Positions 19,627-30,145 of a stretch of 64,000 nt of DNA are shown piece by piece. The notes beneath the pieces were generated by a model. That model did no database searches and had not been told where the DNA came from. It worked only from the letters and a program-made list of their open reading frames with translations. Position numbers and translations under genes: made by a program. Origin of the DNA: an uncultured Thiotrichaceae bacterium (GTDB lineage Bacteria > Pseudomonadota > Gammaproteobacteria > SZUA-229); NCBI GenBank assembly GCA_964600755.1, contig CAZRKQ010000019.1:482-64481 (forward strand), read 5' to 3'. Every line of letters begins with the position of its first letter. Within the stretch, counting starts at the first letter, position 1.

Positions 19627-19906
19627 AACGCAAAGACGCGGGGGCGCAAAGGACACAAAGGTAATATAAGTAAGTCGTTAGTTGCTTCGACATATTGAGT
19701 GTTCTGTAGGACTGTATCAGCGAAGCGTTGCAGGCAACATTTAGACCCGGTCATTTTTAGACTGTCGAAGGGCAACGACTTACGCCTTATATCGGTCTAG
19801 ATAACTCAATAGATGGTCTACCTAACCATGAGAAGATTTCTCCCTGGTTTGAGATGACACACCACATTAATACTCTGCGCCCTTTGCGTCTTTGCGCCTT
19901 TGCGTT
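19627..19906. repeat. Inverted-repeat element C of the GCAAAG-hexamer family, with a nested inner palindrome
   Basis: Left arm AACGCAAAGACGCGGGGGCGCAAAGGACACAAAGG occupies 19627-19661. Right arm CTCTGCGCCCTTTGCGTCTTTGCGCCTTTGCGTT occupies 19874-19906. An inner inverted repeat GTAAGTCGTT...AACGACTTAC is nested inside. Confidence 0.75.
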
Positions 19907-19937
19907 AATCCTGTGTGCATTTTCACAACACTCCCCA

Positions 19938-20597
19938 CTAGCCGGATTGCCGGTCGAGCGGTTCGCGCAGGCGATTGAATTCGCTCGGTGCTACATATTG
20001 CAGCACTTCTTTTCCATCTTCGTTTAAGACCACATCGAGTCCTTTAGCGGCATAGAGATAATGTGTTACGCCATTGCTCTTGCGAATGATTTCATCAGCT
20101 TCGCCAAAGCGTTTAACGATAATATCGTGATCCAGATTCACCGCAGGTATACACGCGATGGAATAGATTACCGCGCCGAAAGCCTGCGCATGGTCGTCCG
20201 CGCTTAACACGTATTTCCTTGCACCTGTTTCCAGCACTTTTTTCTCAACTGCATTTTCACGCATCACATCGATGCGATCTGCATCCAGTTCAGCCGCCAG
20301 CACCAGCCTGGCAGATAACAGTCCGGCGCGATACTGGCCATAATACATTTCCAGGCTTCCCGCTTCGCCTTTGGCGACCATGACCGCAAGCTCCATGTCT
20401 TTACCGAGATGGGCAACTGCGTCAGCCAGTGTAGTCTGGCCCAATGTCACGCCAAACACCCTGGTTGAACCATCAGGCAATACTTCGATTTGCCAGGGCA
20501 ACCCGGTAACACCGCCGGTTTTCTCATCCTTGCCAATGAATGGATAGATCGCCAGAACCAGGGTAATGAGCAGAAAAGTAGGCAGAAATCTTCGCAT
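19938..20597 (-). CDS. hypothetical protein with an N-terminal TM or signal anchor
   Basis: Length is 219 aa. The N-terminus is MRRFLPTFLLITLVLAIYPF. I recognise no family for it. Confidence 0.5.
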   Translation of the reverse strand: MRRFLPTFLLITLVLAIYPFIGKDEKTGGVTGLPWQIEVLPDGSTRVFGVTLGQTTLADAVAHLGKDMELAVMVAKGEAGSLEMYYGQYRAGLLSARLVLAAELDADRIDVMRENAVEKKVLETGARKYVLSADDHAQAFGAVIYSIACIPAVNLDHDIIVKRFGEADEIIRKSNGVTHYLYAAKGLDVVLNEDGKEVLQYVAPSEFNRLREPLDRQSG

Positions 20598-20641
20598 CAG
20601 GAAATTCAGTCTCGATTCAACACAGTCTCACGCTTTGTTGT

Positions 20642-21208
20642 TCAGGCCTTGGGTAGCGTCACACCTTGTTGCCCCTGGTACTTGCCGCCACGATCAAGAT
20701 AGGAAGTTTCACAGACTTCGTCCGATTCAAAGAACAGCATCTGTGCCACACCTTCATTGGCATAGATCTTCGCAGGCAATGGCGTGGTGTTGGAAAACTC
20801 CAGTGTCACGTGGCCTTCCCACTCCGGTTCCAGCGGTGTGACATTGACGATTATGCCGCAGCGTGCATAGGTTGATTTACCCAGGCAAACAGTCAACACA
20901 CTGCGTGGAATTCGAAAATATTCGACCGTGTGCGCCAACGCGAATGAATTAGGCGGGATGATACAAACATCACCGGTAAAATCGACAAAACTGTTTTCCG
21001 AGAAATCCTTGGGATCGACGACTGCTGAATTGATATTGGTAAAAATCTTGAAATGATCGGCACAGCGAACATCGTAGCCATAACTTGATGTGCCGTAGGA
21101 AATCAGGCGTTCATTATTGAAACCGGTCCTGACCTGCCCGGCCTCGAACGGCTCGATCATACCTTCGGCAGCCATGCGGCGGATCCACTTATCAGATTTG
21201 ATGCTCAT
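20642..21208 (-). CDS. dcd: dCTP deaminase
   Basis: The N-terminus [22 protein letters not shown] is typical of Dcd. Length is 188 aa. Confidence 0.9.
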   Translation of the reverse strand: MSIKSDKWIRRMAAEGMIEPFEAGQVRTGFNNERLISYGTSSYGYDVRCADHFKIFTNINSAVVDPKDFSENSFVDFTGDVCIIPPNSFALAHTVEYFRIPRSVLTVCLGKSTYARCGIIVNVTPLEPEWEGHVTLEFSNTTPLPAKIYANEGVAQMLFFESDEVCETSYLDRGGKYQGQQGVTLPKA

Positions 21209-21260
21209 ATCTTTTTATTTTGTAAACTGGAATCAGCGCAGGATTGTAACAGGATATTTA

Positions 21261-21477
21261 CCGCAGAGGCGCAGAGAAGTTCAGGTCCGCAAATAACGCA
21301 AATGAACGCGAATGCTTAAACGGTCAGTTAACATTTCTGTAATACCTGTAGCGGCCAACTGTAGACGACTCATGCCGATTACTTACCCGTTCAAAATAAA
21401 AAAGCAGCCGGATGGCTGCTTTTATTACACAATTGACGTTTTACTTTGCGTCCTCTGCGTCTTTGCGCCTCTGCGTT
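21261..21477. repeat. Inverted-repeat element D of the GCAAAG/GCAGAG-hexamer family, containing the mrp terminator
   Basis: Left arm CCGCAGAGGCGCAGAGAAG occupies 21261-21279 and is followed by GCAAATAACGCAAATGAACGCGAATGC. Right arm CTTTGCGTCCTCTGCGTCTTTGCGCCTCTGCGTT occupies 21444-21477. An internal hairpin GCAGCCGGATGGCTGC with flanking A and T tracts lies at 21393-21428. Confidence 0.7.
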
Positions 21478-21479
21478 GA

Positions 21480-22568
21480 TTAGTTATTCTGAATAACAAT
21501 ATTCGGGAACTTCGCGGTGTAGTCCTTCGCCTTCAGGGAAAGCTTGGCAGCGGTGCGTCTCGCGATATCACGGTAAATTTCGCTGGCCTTGCTGTTAGGG
21601 TCATCAGCCACACTTGGATGACCACCATCTGCGTTCTGACGAATACTGATATCCAGTGGCAATGAACCGAGAAAATCGACGTTGTACTGGTCACACATTT
21701 TCTCGCCACCACCCTGGCCAAAGATGTGCTCGGCATGGCCACACTCGGAGCAGATATGGATACTCATGTTTTCTACAACGCCAAGTACCGGTACTTCGAC
21801 TTTTTCAAACATCTTCAGACCCTTGCGCGCATCCAGCAGGGCAATATCCTGCGGCGTGGTAACAATAATAGCGCCGCTTACCGGCACTTTCTGCGCCAGT
21901 GTCAACTGTACATCGCCGGTGCCCGGCGGCAGGTCAACCACCAGGTAATCCAGAGACTTCCAGCGTGTGTCGCGCAGCAGCTGTTCCAGCGCCTGCGTAA
22001 CCATGGGCCCACGCCATATCATCGGTGTTTCCTCGTCGATCATGAAACCAATCGACATCGCCTGCAGACCATGGCCACCCATTGGCTCGAGCGACTTGCC
22101 ATCAGTTGATTCAGGCTTGCCATCAATTCCAAGCATGCGCGGCACACTGGGACCATAAATATCAGCATCCAGCACACCCACGCGTGCGCCTTCCTGCTGC
22201 AGCGCCAGGGCCAGGTTTACAGCCGTGGTTGATTTACCTACACCGCCTTTGCCTGATGCGACTGCTATCACATTCTTGATGCCTTCAAGCGGGTTCATGC
22301 CACCCTGAACAGAATGGCTGGCGATTTCCCAGCTAACATCGATCGCCGCTGAAGCGACACCATCGACTTTCTCGATTCTGTTTTTCAGCTGTTCCGTCAG
22401 CTTGTCGACATAGCCGTACGCCGGATAGCCCAGCACGATCTTGACCTTGACTTTGTCGCCGTCAATCTCCGTATCTTTAACAGCTCCGGCTGTAACCAGG
22501 TCCTTCTCAAGATATGGATCAATATATTCTTTGATAGCAGATTCGATCTGCTCTTTTGAAACGCTCAT
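21480..22568 (-). CDS. apbC: Mrp/ApbC family iron-sulfur cluster carrier ATPase
   Basis: Walker A GKGGVGKSTTAVNLALAL and the CxxC motif SIHICSECGH are present. Length is 362 aa. The gene is divergent from metG, as in E. coli and Pseudomonas. Confidence 0.9.
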   Translation of the reverse strand: MSVSKEQIESAIKEYIDPYLEKDLVTAGAVKDTEIDGDKVKVKIVLGYPAYGYVDKLTEQLKNRIEKVDGVASAAIDVSWEIASHSVQGGMNPLEGIKNVIAVASGKGGVGKSTTAVNLALALQQEGARVGVLDADIYGPSVPRMLGIDGKPESTDGKSLEPMGGHGLQAMSIGFMIDEETPMIWRGPMVTQALEQLLRDTRWKSLDYLVVDLPPGTGDVQLTLAQKVPVSGAIIVTTPQDIALLDARKGLKMFEKVEVPVLGVVENMSIHICSECGHAEHIFGQGGGEKMCDQYNVDFLGSLPLDISIRQNADGGHPSVADDPNSKASEIYRDIARRTAAKLSLKAKDYTAKFPNIVIQNN

Positions 22569-22738
22569 GCGCTTTACCTCACACCGTAAATTCGGTCGAT
22601 TTCAAAATGATGTCGCATTCTACAACACTAAATACTTGATTTAACCCCTTCTTTTGGGGTGTTAAGCCTGTATTGCCTGGTGCTCCCGTGATAAGTTATG
22701 CGCCCGACTTAATCAGCACCAGCAAGCAGAAGTACTTC

Positions 22739-24766
22739 ATGACCACGAAGCGGAAAATCCTTGTTACCAGCGCCCTGCCCTATGCTAACGGGCCGATCCA
22801 TCTGGGCCACCTGGTGGAGTACATACAGACAGATATATGGGCACGCTTTCAGCGATTGCAAGGCCACGGCTGTTATTACGTGTGTGCAGATGATGCTCAC
22901 GGTACACCCATCATGCTGCGCGCCCGCCAGGATGGTATCGAACCGGAGCAACTGATTGCCGCCGTCCAGAAAGAACATGAAGCTGATTTCGATGATTTTC
23001 TCATCGACTTTGACAACTACTACAGCACACATTCTGAAGAAAACCGTGAACTGGCCAGCGAAATTTATCTGAAATTACGCGATGCAGGCCATATTGCCAC
23101 GCGCACAATTTCACAATCGTATGACCCCGAAGCAGAAATGTTCCTGCCTGACCGTTTCATCAAGGGCACGTGCCCGAAATGCGGCGCCGAAGACCAGTAC
23201 GGCGACAACTGTGAAGTCTGCGGTTCCACCTATGCGCCTACGGAACTGATAAACCCGGTGTCCGCAATCAGCGGGGCAATACCGGTCGAAAAAGATTCGG
23301 AACAGTACTTCTTCAAACTCAGTGACTTCGCCGACATGCTGCAAACGTGGATGCGTGAAGGACATGTACAGCCTGAAATCGCAAACAAACTTGATGAGTG
23401 GTTCGAAGAAGGCCTGCAGGATTGGGACATCTCGCGCAATGCACCCTACTGGGGTTTTGAAATACCCGGCGCACCAGGCAAGTTCTTCTATGTGTGGATG
23501 GATGCGCCTATAGGATATATGGCGAGCTTCAAAAACCTGTGCGATCGTACAGGCATTTCTTTTGATGAGTACTGGCACAGCGATGCAGATACCGAGCTTT
23601 ATCATTTTATTGGTAAAGATATCGCACGCTTTCATACATTGTTCTGGCCTGCTGTTCTTCATGGTGCAAATTTTCGCAAGCCCAGCGCGGTATACTGCCA
23701 TGGTTTTCTCACGGTCAACGGGCAGAAGATGTCGAAGTCACGCGGCACTTATATCAAGGCACGTACCTATCTGGATAACCTGAAACCTGAATATCTTCGA
23801 TATTATTACGCAGCCAAGCTTTCTTCGGGTGTAGATGATATTGATTTAAACCTTGAGGACTTCATGCAGCGCGTTAATTCAGATCTTGTCGGCAAGGTCG
23901 TCAACATAGCCAGTCGCTGTGCCGGTTTTATCAACAAGCGTTTTGACAACCAGCTATCTGCAAGCTTGCCAGATAGCGGGCTTTACAACGAGCTGGTCAA
24001 TGCCGGTGAGTCAATAGCTAATGAATTCGAAAATCGCGAATACAGCAAGGCAGTCCGTGAAATCATGACGCTGGCTGACAAAGCCAACGTGTACATTGAT
24101 AACAACAAGCCCTGGGTACTCATCAAGGAACAAGGAAAGGAAGCAGAAGTGCAGGCTATCTGCACGCAGGGTATCAACCTGTTCCGGGTGTTAATGACTT
24201 ACCTGAAACCGATACTTCCGCACACCGCACTCAAGTCGGAAGAGTTTTTAAACAGCGAACTGCTATGGCACACCTTAAGTGAGCCATTGCTCGCACACAG
24301 CATTAATAAATTCAAACCACTGATGACCCGCATCGAAAAAGAGCAAATAGAAGCCATGGTTGAACAATCCACTGAACATCTAGAGCAAAACGAACAATCA
24401 AAATCTGCAAGCGGTGCTTTAGTGGATGATCCGGTCTCAGCGCAGATTCAGTTCGATGATTTTGCAAAAATTGATTTGCGCGTGGCAAAAATCATCAAGG
24501 CTGAACATGTTGAAGGTGCAGATAAACTGTTACAGCTCACACTCGATATTGGCGGAGAAACGCGCATGGTATTTGCCGGTATTAAATCGGCCTATGAGCC
24601 CGAAATGCTGGAAGGCCGGCTTACTGTCATGGTGGCCAACCTGGCGCCGCGAAAAATGCGCTTTGGTATTTCCGAAGGCATGGTGCTGGCAGCGGGGCCT
24701 GGCGGCAAGGAGCTGTATATACTCAGCCCCGATGACGGCGCTCAGGCCGGCATGAGAGTTAAATAA
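22739..24766 (+). CDS. metG: methionyl-tRNA synthetase
   Basis: The likely start is [28 protein letters not shown], containing the HIGH region. KMSKS and a C-terminal tRNA-binding domain are present. The ORF-track ORF begins further upstream at 22673. Confidence 0.95.
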   Translation: MTTKRKILVTSALPYANGPIHLGHLVEYIQTDIWARFQRLQGHGCYYVCADDAHGTPIMLRARQDGIEPEQLIAAVQKEHEADFDDFLIDFDNYYSTHSEENRELASEIYLKLRDAGHIATRTISQSYDPEAEMFLPDRFIKGTCPKCGAEDQYGDNCEVCGSTYAPTELINPVSAISGAIPVEKDSEQYFFKLSDFADMLQTWMREGHVQPEIANKLDEWFEEGLQDWDISRNAPYWGFEIPGAPGKFFYVWMDAPIGYMASFKNLCDRTGISFDEYWHSDADTELYHFIGKDIARFHTLFWPAVLHGANFRKPSAVYCHGFLTVNGQKMSKSRGTYIKARTYLDNLKPEYLRYYYAAKLSSGVDDIDLNLEDFMQRVNSDLVGKVVNIASRCAGFINKRFDNQLSASLPDSGLYNELVNAGESIANEFENREYSKAVREIMTLADKANVYIDNNKPWVLIKEQGKEAEVQAICTQGINLFRVLMTYLKPILPHTALKSEEFLNSELLWHTLSEPLLAHSINKFKPLMTRIEKEQIEAMVEQSTEHLEQNEQSKSASGALVDDPVSAQIQFDDFAKIDLRVAKIIKAEHVEGADKLLQLTLDIGGETRMVFAGIKSAYEPEMLEGRLTVMVANLAPRKMRFGISEGMVLAAGPGGKELYILSPDDGAQAGMRVK

Positions 24767-25028
24767 GTTATTGATTATAAGGTATTAATGAGTACGACAG
24801 GCTCGTCTCATTGATGCATATACTGGCGTTTTTTGCGCCAGTTCATACCCCTGACATCCCTCGCTGAATCTTCCTGTTTCAGCGCTAAATCCGCTATAAG
24901 CTTCTACACTCTTTATAAAGGATCAAGCAGTTAACACATGCAAGTGAACTCTGGCACTCGCTTTCGGCATCTTACATCAAAGCGATCTGATTCGTATTGG
25001 GAAAAAACTAAATAACTAACTGGTAAAT

Positions 25029-26321
25029 ATGAAAGTCCTGGTCCTCGAAAACAGTCGACTGTATCAGAAAACCTTGCGCGAACTTCTTGAAGAAGTTGAA
25101 TGCGAGGTCGATTGTGTCGGCTCCAGTGAAGAAGGTCTTCGTCTTCTGGATAGCGGTGGCTATAACCTCATAATTGCCGGGCAGAATATTTTCGACGATA
25201 GCAGCTCAGGATTCATTGAATATTGTCGAAAAAATGTAAATCACTGTCCTATCCTGCTACTGACATCTGAACCAAACGAAACCCTGCTGAATAATGCGCG
25301 CAATGCGGGTATTAAAGACATTTTTCCAAAAGCAAATGTCAGTCATCTTCGTGAAAGCATTCATTATTACATCAAGGGTAAAAGAAACATCGTTATTGAG
25401 GGCGGGCGCGTCATCTATGTAGAAGACAGTCGCTCTGTAGCGCGCGCAATATCTCGCGACCTTGAAAAGATGAACCTTGAAATTGACTACTATAGTAACG
25501 CAGAAGACGCTTACAATGCACTATTGAAAAACGAATACGATCTGGTCATAACTGACGTGATGCTGAAAGGCGCAATGAGCGGCTTATCACTGGTACGAAT
25601 GATACGCGCACTGAAGAGCTATCACTCGGAAATTCCTATTCTTGCGATGACCGGGCATGATGACCCCAAACGCAGAATTGAACTGTTTCATGCTGGTATC
25701 AACGACTACGTGACCAAGCCGCCTATTGAAGAAGAATTCGCCGCCAGGATTAACAACCTGATTGCCAATAAACGCTTGCACGACAAGGTGCGGGAACAGA
25801 AACAGGCATTATTACTGCTTGCGATGAAAGATCAGCTAACAACCTGTCATAATCGCCACAGCCTTGTCGAAAATGCGCCCAAGTACATCAATGAATCACT
25901 GCGTTATGATCATCCACTGTCCATCATGATTCTGGACCTTGATAATTTCAAGGCAATTAACGACAAATATGGCCATGACGCCGGCGACAGGGTACTGGCA
26001 GACATCGGCAAGCTACTGATGAAAGCCTGTCGCCTGGGTGATTTTGTTTCTCGCATCGGTGGCGAGGAGTTCATGATCATTCTGTCACATTGCCTTGCCG
26101 ATGATGCCGTCAACAAGGGCAAACAGATCAGAGCAATGATAGAGAAATCCAATCCTGGCGGGCTGAAAGTCACCGCAAGTATTGGAATTGCCTGCCTGTC
26201 AGAAGAGCACGGCTCAGATTTTGAAAAGTTATACAAATCGGCTGATGAAGCCGTCTACCATTCAAAGAAAAATGGCCGCAACAGGGTTACACTTATTTCA
26301 AACAAAAAGAAGGCCGGCTGA
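25029..26321 (+). CDS. PleD-like response regulator with two receiver domains and a GGDEF diguanylate cyclase domain
   Basis: The second receiver carries the conserved Asp segment EYDLVITDVMLKG. The GGDEF domain has RIGGEEFMI as a GGEEF motif. The first receiver lacks the usual acidic pocket and phospho-accepting Asp. Confidence 0.8.
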   Translation: MKVLVLENSRLYQKTLRELLEEVECEVDCVGSSEEGLRLLDSGGYNLIIAGQNIFDDSSSGFIEYCRKNVNHCPILLLTSEPNETLLNNARNAGIKDIFPKANVSHLRESIHYYIKGKRNIVIEGGRVIYVEDSRSVARAISRDLEKMNLEIDYYSNAEDAYNALLKNEYDLVITDVMLKGAMSGLSLVRMIRALKSYHSEIPILAMTGHDDPKRRIELFHAGINDYVTKPPIEEEFAARINNLIANKRLHDKVREQKQALLLLAMKDQLTTCHNRHSLVENAPKYINESLRYDHPLSIMILDLDNFKAINDKYGHDAGDRVLADIGKLLMKACRLGDFVSRIGGEEFMIILSHCLADDAVNKGKQIRAMIEKSNPGGLKVTASIGIACLSEEHGSDFEKLYKSADEAVYHSKKNGRNRVTLISNKKKAG

Positions 26322-26391
26322 TATTGATGTGATGCATTCGTATTACTTTATACCCATGGAGCATCCATTCTAATTAACAGTTAATAATCTA

Positions 26392-26549
26392 CCGCAGAGG
26401 CGCAGAGTAAGCAGAGAAAAGCTTAACTGCGTGTGATCTTATGTTTACTTAGGTTTTTAGCACCGCATAAACATGCCGTCACCGAGGACAGCTGCACAAG
26501 CACTAACTCTAAAAGCTATATTTCCTCTGCGCACTCTGCGCCTCTGCGG
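26392..26549. repeat. Inverted-repeat element E, the GCAGAG variant of the hexamer family
   Basis: Left arm CCGCAGAGGCGCAGAGTAAGCAGAG occupies 26392-26416. Right arm CCTCTGCGCACTCTGCGCCTCTGCGG occupies 26524-26549. Confidence 0.7.
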
Positions 26550-26580
26550 TTTAATAATCCCTACATTAAAGCGATGATGA

Positions 26581-26614
26581 AAAAAAGCCGCTGAGACAGC
26601 GGCCTTTTATATTT
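26581..26614 (-). terminator. bidirectional rho-independent terminator downstream of the rhodanese gene
   Basis: The sequence AAAAAAGCCGCTGAGACAGCGGCCTTTTATATTT forms a 7-bp GC stem flanked by A and T tracts. Confidence 0.6.
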
Positions 26615-26630
26615 CGGTACAGTATAGAAG

Positions 26631-27359
26631 CTATTTGCTGGCATAAGTAGACATATCAGAAGGCATCACAATTGAAAGCCCCAGTGACTGCCACATTTGC
26701 ATACCGCCTCTATAGTAATACAGCTTTTCAGCCGGATAGCCAAGACTGATCAGTGCGCGTATCGCACGAGGTGACTGGCCGCACCAGGGACCATTGCACC
26801 ACAACAGCAGCTGCCTGGCATCTGAGAAATCCCATGTGTCGGTTTTCTCCTTACCGCCGAACAGGCCGACCTTTTCCAGTGAACGCATAACAACACTCAC
26901 ATCATCACGCTGTTTCGCACCCAGGCGCTCCAGTACTTCTACCAGCTCGGGGTCATCAGCGGACATTTCAAATATCGTAAATGGAATGTTCACTGAACCC
27001 GGAATAGTGCCTTTGTTATGCCAGCTCGGGGTACGTGCATCAATAATGATGCCATTTCCATTGTGCATGGATGTTTCCATGAACTTGATGACTTCAAGCT
27101 CGGCAACTGTAGCCACACCTTCTTCTATGTTCAGTGGATTCACGCAAAACGGTGGGCATGGTCGTGATGTCTTGGTGAATGCACCATCAATGGTATTGCT
27201 GGTATTCTGGATTCTCTGAACCTTGACCAGTTCATCGCCATGATTCACCACGGTGTATGGTTTATCTTCAGTGATTTTCACTTCCAGATTGGCAGCCATG
27301 GACTGCATTGAGATAAGCGCAGCGCAGATTAACAAACTGAACAAGATAGAATTTTTCAT
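26631..27359 (-). CDS. periplasmic rhodanese-domain (sulfurtransferase-like) protein
   Basis: The signal peptide MKNSILFSLLICAALISMQSMA is followed by a rhodanese fold with the active-site region LLWCNGPWCGQSPRAIRAL. Length is 242 aa. Confidence 0.7.
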   Translation of the reverse strand: MKNSILFSLLICAALISMQSMAANLEVKITEDKPYTVVNHGDELVKVQRIQNTSNTIDGAFTKTSRPCPPFCVNPLNIEEGVATVAELEVIKFMETSMHNGNGIIIDARTPSWHNKGTIPGSVNIPFTIFEMSADDPELVEVLERLGAKQRDDVSVVMRSLEKVGLFGGKEKTDTWDFSDARQLLLWCNGPWCGQSPRAIRALISLGYPAEKLYYYRGGMQMWQSLGLSIVMPSDMSTYASK

Positions 27360-27545
27360 CCCTATTCCTCTAACTACTTAATGCCATTTAGCAACATCCA
27401 TATAAGCAGTTAAATATCACCACGTTCGGTGTATATGCGGATACTACTAATTCGGCCAGTTTTATGACCTTTTAATGTTGCTATAGCAGAAGACAGGTAA
27501 ATAACAAGAAAATAGCGAAGAATAGCTGGATTTATTCCGGTTTGT

Positions 27546-28295
27546 TTATTCCAGCCAGATCAGGCTGGCCATACGGCCTGTGCAGCCATCCCGACGATAG
27601 GAGAAAAAGCGCTCTTCATCAGTATAAGTGCATTCGTTGCCGCCGAAAACTGAAGTAATTCCCAGACTGGAAAGTTCGATCCGTGCCAGCTTGTACAAAT
27701 CACACAACCAGTGCTGGTCATCTTTCTGGCTGAAGGCTGAGATGTTTTCACTGTTATCAGCGGTGAATGCCCGGATTACCTCCGGGCCGACTTCGAATGC
27801 CCGTGGTCCGATTGCCGGTCCCAGCCATACCATCAGTTCCCCCGGATCCGTTTTCATCATACTGACAGCATTCGTGATAACGCCGGCATGAAGGCCACGC
27901 CAGCCTGCATGCGCTGCAGCCACCTTGCTGCCTGAGTGATCACAAATCAGCACCGGCAGACAATCCGCAGTCATTACCACACACACATTCGCAGTGGTAT
28001 CGGTCCATGAGCCGTCCGCCCTGGCCCCGATGTTATCTGTATCAGCATACACGATACGGTTACTGTGCACCTGCTGCAGCCACACAGGTTCAGCTGGCAG
28101 GCTGAAATACTCACGCAAGAGTTTTCTGTTTCTAAGTACCCTGCCAGCATCATCCTCGGTGTGGGCGGCCAGGTTGAAGCTGGTATAGGGCCCGCTACTG
28201 TAGCCGCCGGTTCTGAGTGTTACCAGCGCATGAACATTTTCCGGTGCCGGCCAGTCCGGCCTGATAAATCCTGGTGTTTGCTGTTCAGTTACCAT
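27546..28295 (-). CDS. pgeF: peptidoglycan editing factor PgeF, a YfiH or laccase-domain family member
   Basis: Length is 249 aa with His/Cys-containing motifs HAGWRG and VMTADCLPV. It lies immediately downstream of rluD with an 11-nt overlap, as in E. coli rluD-yfiH. Confidence 0.8.
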   Translation of the reverse strand: MVTEQQTPGFIRPDWPAPENVHALVTLRTGGYSSGPYTSFNLAAHTEDDAGRVLRNRKLLREYFSLPAEPVWLQQVHSNRIVYADTDNIGARADGSWTDTTANVCVVMTADCLPVLICDHSGSKVAAAHAGWRGLHAGVITNAVSMMKTDPGELMVWLGPAIGPRAFEVGPEVIRAFTADNSENISAFSQKDDQHWLCDLYKLARIELSSLGITSVFGGNECTYTDEERFFSYRRDGCTGRMASLIWLE

Positions 28296-29259
28296 GCTGC
28301 TCTATATCCTTTTGCAGGGCTGCAATTAACTGCACCATATCGCCGGGTAGCGATGACTTCCACGACAGCTGCTTGCCGCTTTGCGGATGAACCAGGCTTA
28401 ACCTGAACGCATGCAAGGCCTGTCGTTTGAATGTGCGCAACTGATCGATGAGCTCTTGATCAGCTTGCGGCGGTATGCGCTGCCTGCCACCATATACCGG
28501 GTCTCCGATGATCGGATGACGGATGTGCTGCATATGAACGCGGATCTGGTGTGTTCTTCCCGACTCCAGTTTTAACTGCACGTGTGTGTGTTCGCGAAAC
28601 CGGGTTATTACACGATAATGTGTCATTGCAGGCTTGCCATCATCACGCACACACATACGTACGCGGTCACGCGAGTGCCTGCCAATAGGCGCATCCACGG
28701 TACCACCCGCAGTGATAACACCCTGTACTATTGCCTGGTATTCTCTTTGCACGCTACGTTGTTGCAACTCTTCTACCAGGTGCTTGTGCGCTCTAAGGTT
28801 GCGTGCGACCACCATCAAACCGGTGGTATCCTTATCCAGTCTGTGCACGATACCGGCCCTGGGTACACAAACCAGCCCAGCATCAAAATGTAACAAGGCA
28901 TTCACCAGTGTACCATCGGCATGTCCGGCTGCAGGATGAACAACAAGCCCCGCAGGTTTATTAAGCACAATAATATCTTCATCTTCAAACACGATATCCA
29001 GGGGAATATCCTGTGGTTGTAACTCAGTGGACTGGTCATCTATGGGTATATTCAGCTGCAGTAGTTCATCGCCCGCCAGTTTAGTTCGAGGCTTGACCCG
29101 CTTGCCATCCAGCAGCACGTGACCATCACGAATCCACTGCTGCAGGCGGCTGCGTGAATAATCCGGAAACATGGTGGCCAGGGCAGCATCCAGTCTCTGA
29201 CCTGCGAACTGCTCGGTAATATGCTTGATAACGGGATTTTCGATGACAGAATCAGACAT
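28285..29259 (-). CDS. rluD: 23S rRNA pseudouridine(1911/1915/1917) synthase
   Basis: The start MSDSVIENPVIKHITEQFAGQRLDAALATMFPDYSRSRLQQWI aligns with the E. coli RluD N-terminus. The catalytic motif HRLDKDTTGLMVVA is present. The ORF-track ORF extends 54 codons further upstream. Confidence 0.9.
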   Translation of the reverse strand: MSDSVIENPVIKHITEQFAGQRLDAALATMFPDYSRSRLQQWIRDGHVLLDGKRVKPRTKLAGDELLQLNIPIDDQSTELQPQDIPLDIVFEDEDIIVLNKPAGLVVHPAAGHADGTLVNALLHFDAGLVCVPRAGIVHRLDKDTTGLMVVARNLRAHKHLVEELQQRSVQREYQAIVQGVITAGGTVDAPIGRHSRDRVRMCVRDDGKPAMTHYRVITRFREHTHVQLKLESGRTHQIRVHMQHIRHPIIGDPVYGGRQRIPPQADQELIDQLRTFKRQALHAFRLSLVHPQSGKQLSWKSSLPGDMVQLIAALQKDIEQHGN

Positions 29260-29335
29260 TGAGAGAGAATAATTGAACTCGGGTATAATGCACCATTCTA
29301 ACGGAACACTGTTTATCAACGAATCCTTTTTGTAA

Positions 29336-30142
29336 ATGCGTTTTTTACTCTCTACATTTCTTCTGGCGACTTCACTCTTGCTGTTGCAGGCCTGCAGCGT
29401 GTTCAACAAAGACCAAACCAAGAACTGGACCGCGAAAGAATTTTATGAAGAAGCAAGCAGGGCTTTGTATTCCGGCGAGTTCGAATCGGCGATCAAGAAC
29501 CTGGAAACGCTGGAAGCCCGCTTTCCGTTTGATCCCTATGCCAAGCAGGCACAGCTTGATATTGCCTACTCATATTACAAATTTGATGAACCGGATGCTG
29601 CCATCAGCGCAGCGGACCGCTTCATGCGCCTGCACCCGCGTGACCCGAATATCGACTATGTCTATTACCTGAAAGGGCTGGTGAATTTCAAACGCGGCAC
29701 CGGTATTCTGGATGGCTGGTTCCCACGGGACCAGGCCGAACATGAAACCGAAACGCTGCACAACTCTTTCAACGATTTTTCTACCCTGGTACGGCGCTAT
29801 CCAGACAGCAACTACGCCGGTGATGCTTTTCAGCGAATGATCTATCTGCGCAATGAACTTGCCCAGCACGAAATCAGTGTGGCTGAATACTACCTTTCCA
29901 GGAAGGCGTGGATGGGTGCTGCCAATCGCGCCAAAATTGTGCTTGAACGCTATGAACACTCCATCTGGCGCAAACGCGCCCTGGAAATTATGGTCATTGC
30001 CTACAATCAACTTGGACTGGTTGAACTGGCTGCCGACACTCAGCGCGTACTGGATCTCAACAAGGACGTGGCCAGCAACCTTGTCAGCTTTGATCCAAAG
30101 CTGGAAAAACCGCCAGAATCCAGCTGGTATAAATTCTGGTAG
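29336..30142 (+). CDS. bamD: outer membrane protein assembly factor BamD
   Basis: A lipoprotein signal with lipobox LLLQAC is followed by TPR-like repeats. The gene is divergent from rluD, as in E. coli. Length is 268 aa. Confidence 0.85.
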   Translation: MRFLLSTFLLATSLLLLQACSVFNKDQTKNWTAKEFYEEASRALYSGEFESAIKNLETLEARFPFDPYAKQAQLDIAYSYYKFDEPDAAISAADRFMRLHPRDPNIDYVYYLKGLVNFKRGTGILDGWFPRDQAEHETETLHNSFNDFSTLVRRYPDSNYAGDAFQRMIYLRNELAQHEISVAEYYLSRKAWMGAANRAKIVLERYEHSIWRKRALEIMVIAYNQLGLVELAADTQRVLDLNKDVASNLVSFDPKLEKPPESSWYKFW

Positions 30143-30145
30143 GAC

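Noticed and set aside
22610-22700. Two hairpins upstream of metG, CCCC-TTCTTTT-GGGG and CTGGTGCT...AGCACCAG, were considered as a leader or attenuator.
   Set aside because: The stems are weak with long loops. Gram-negative metG is not known to use T-box or attenuation control. Evidence is insufficient.
24945-24970. TGGCACTCGCTTTCGGCA upstream of the GGDEF gene was considered as a sigma-54 promoter.
   Set aside because: The -12 element reads TTCG rather than TTGC at the required spacing. The sequence does not fit the -24/-12 consensus.
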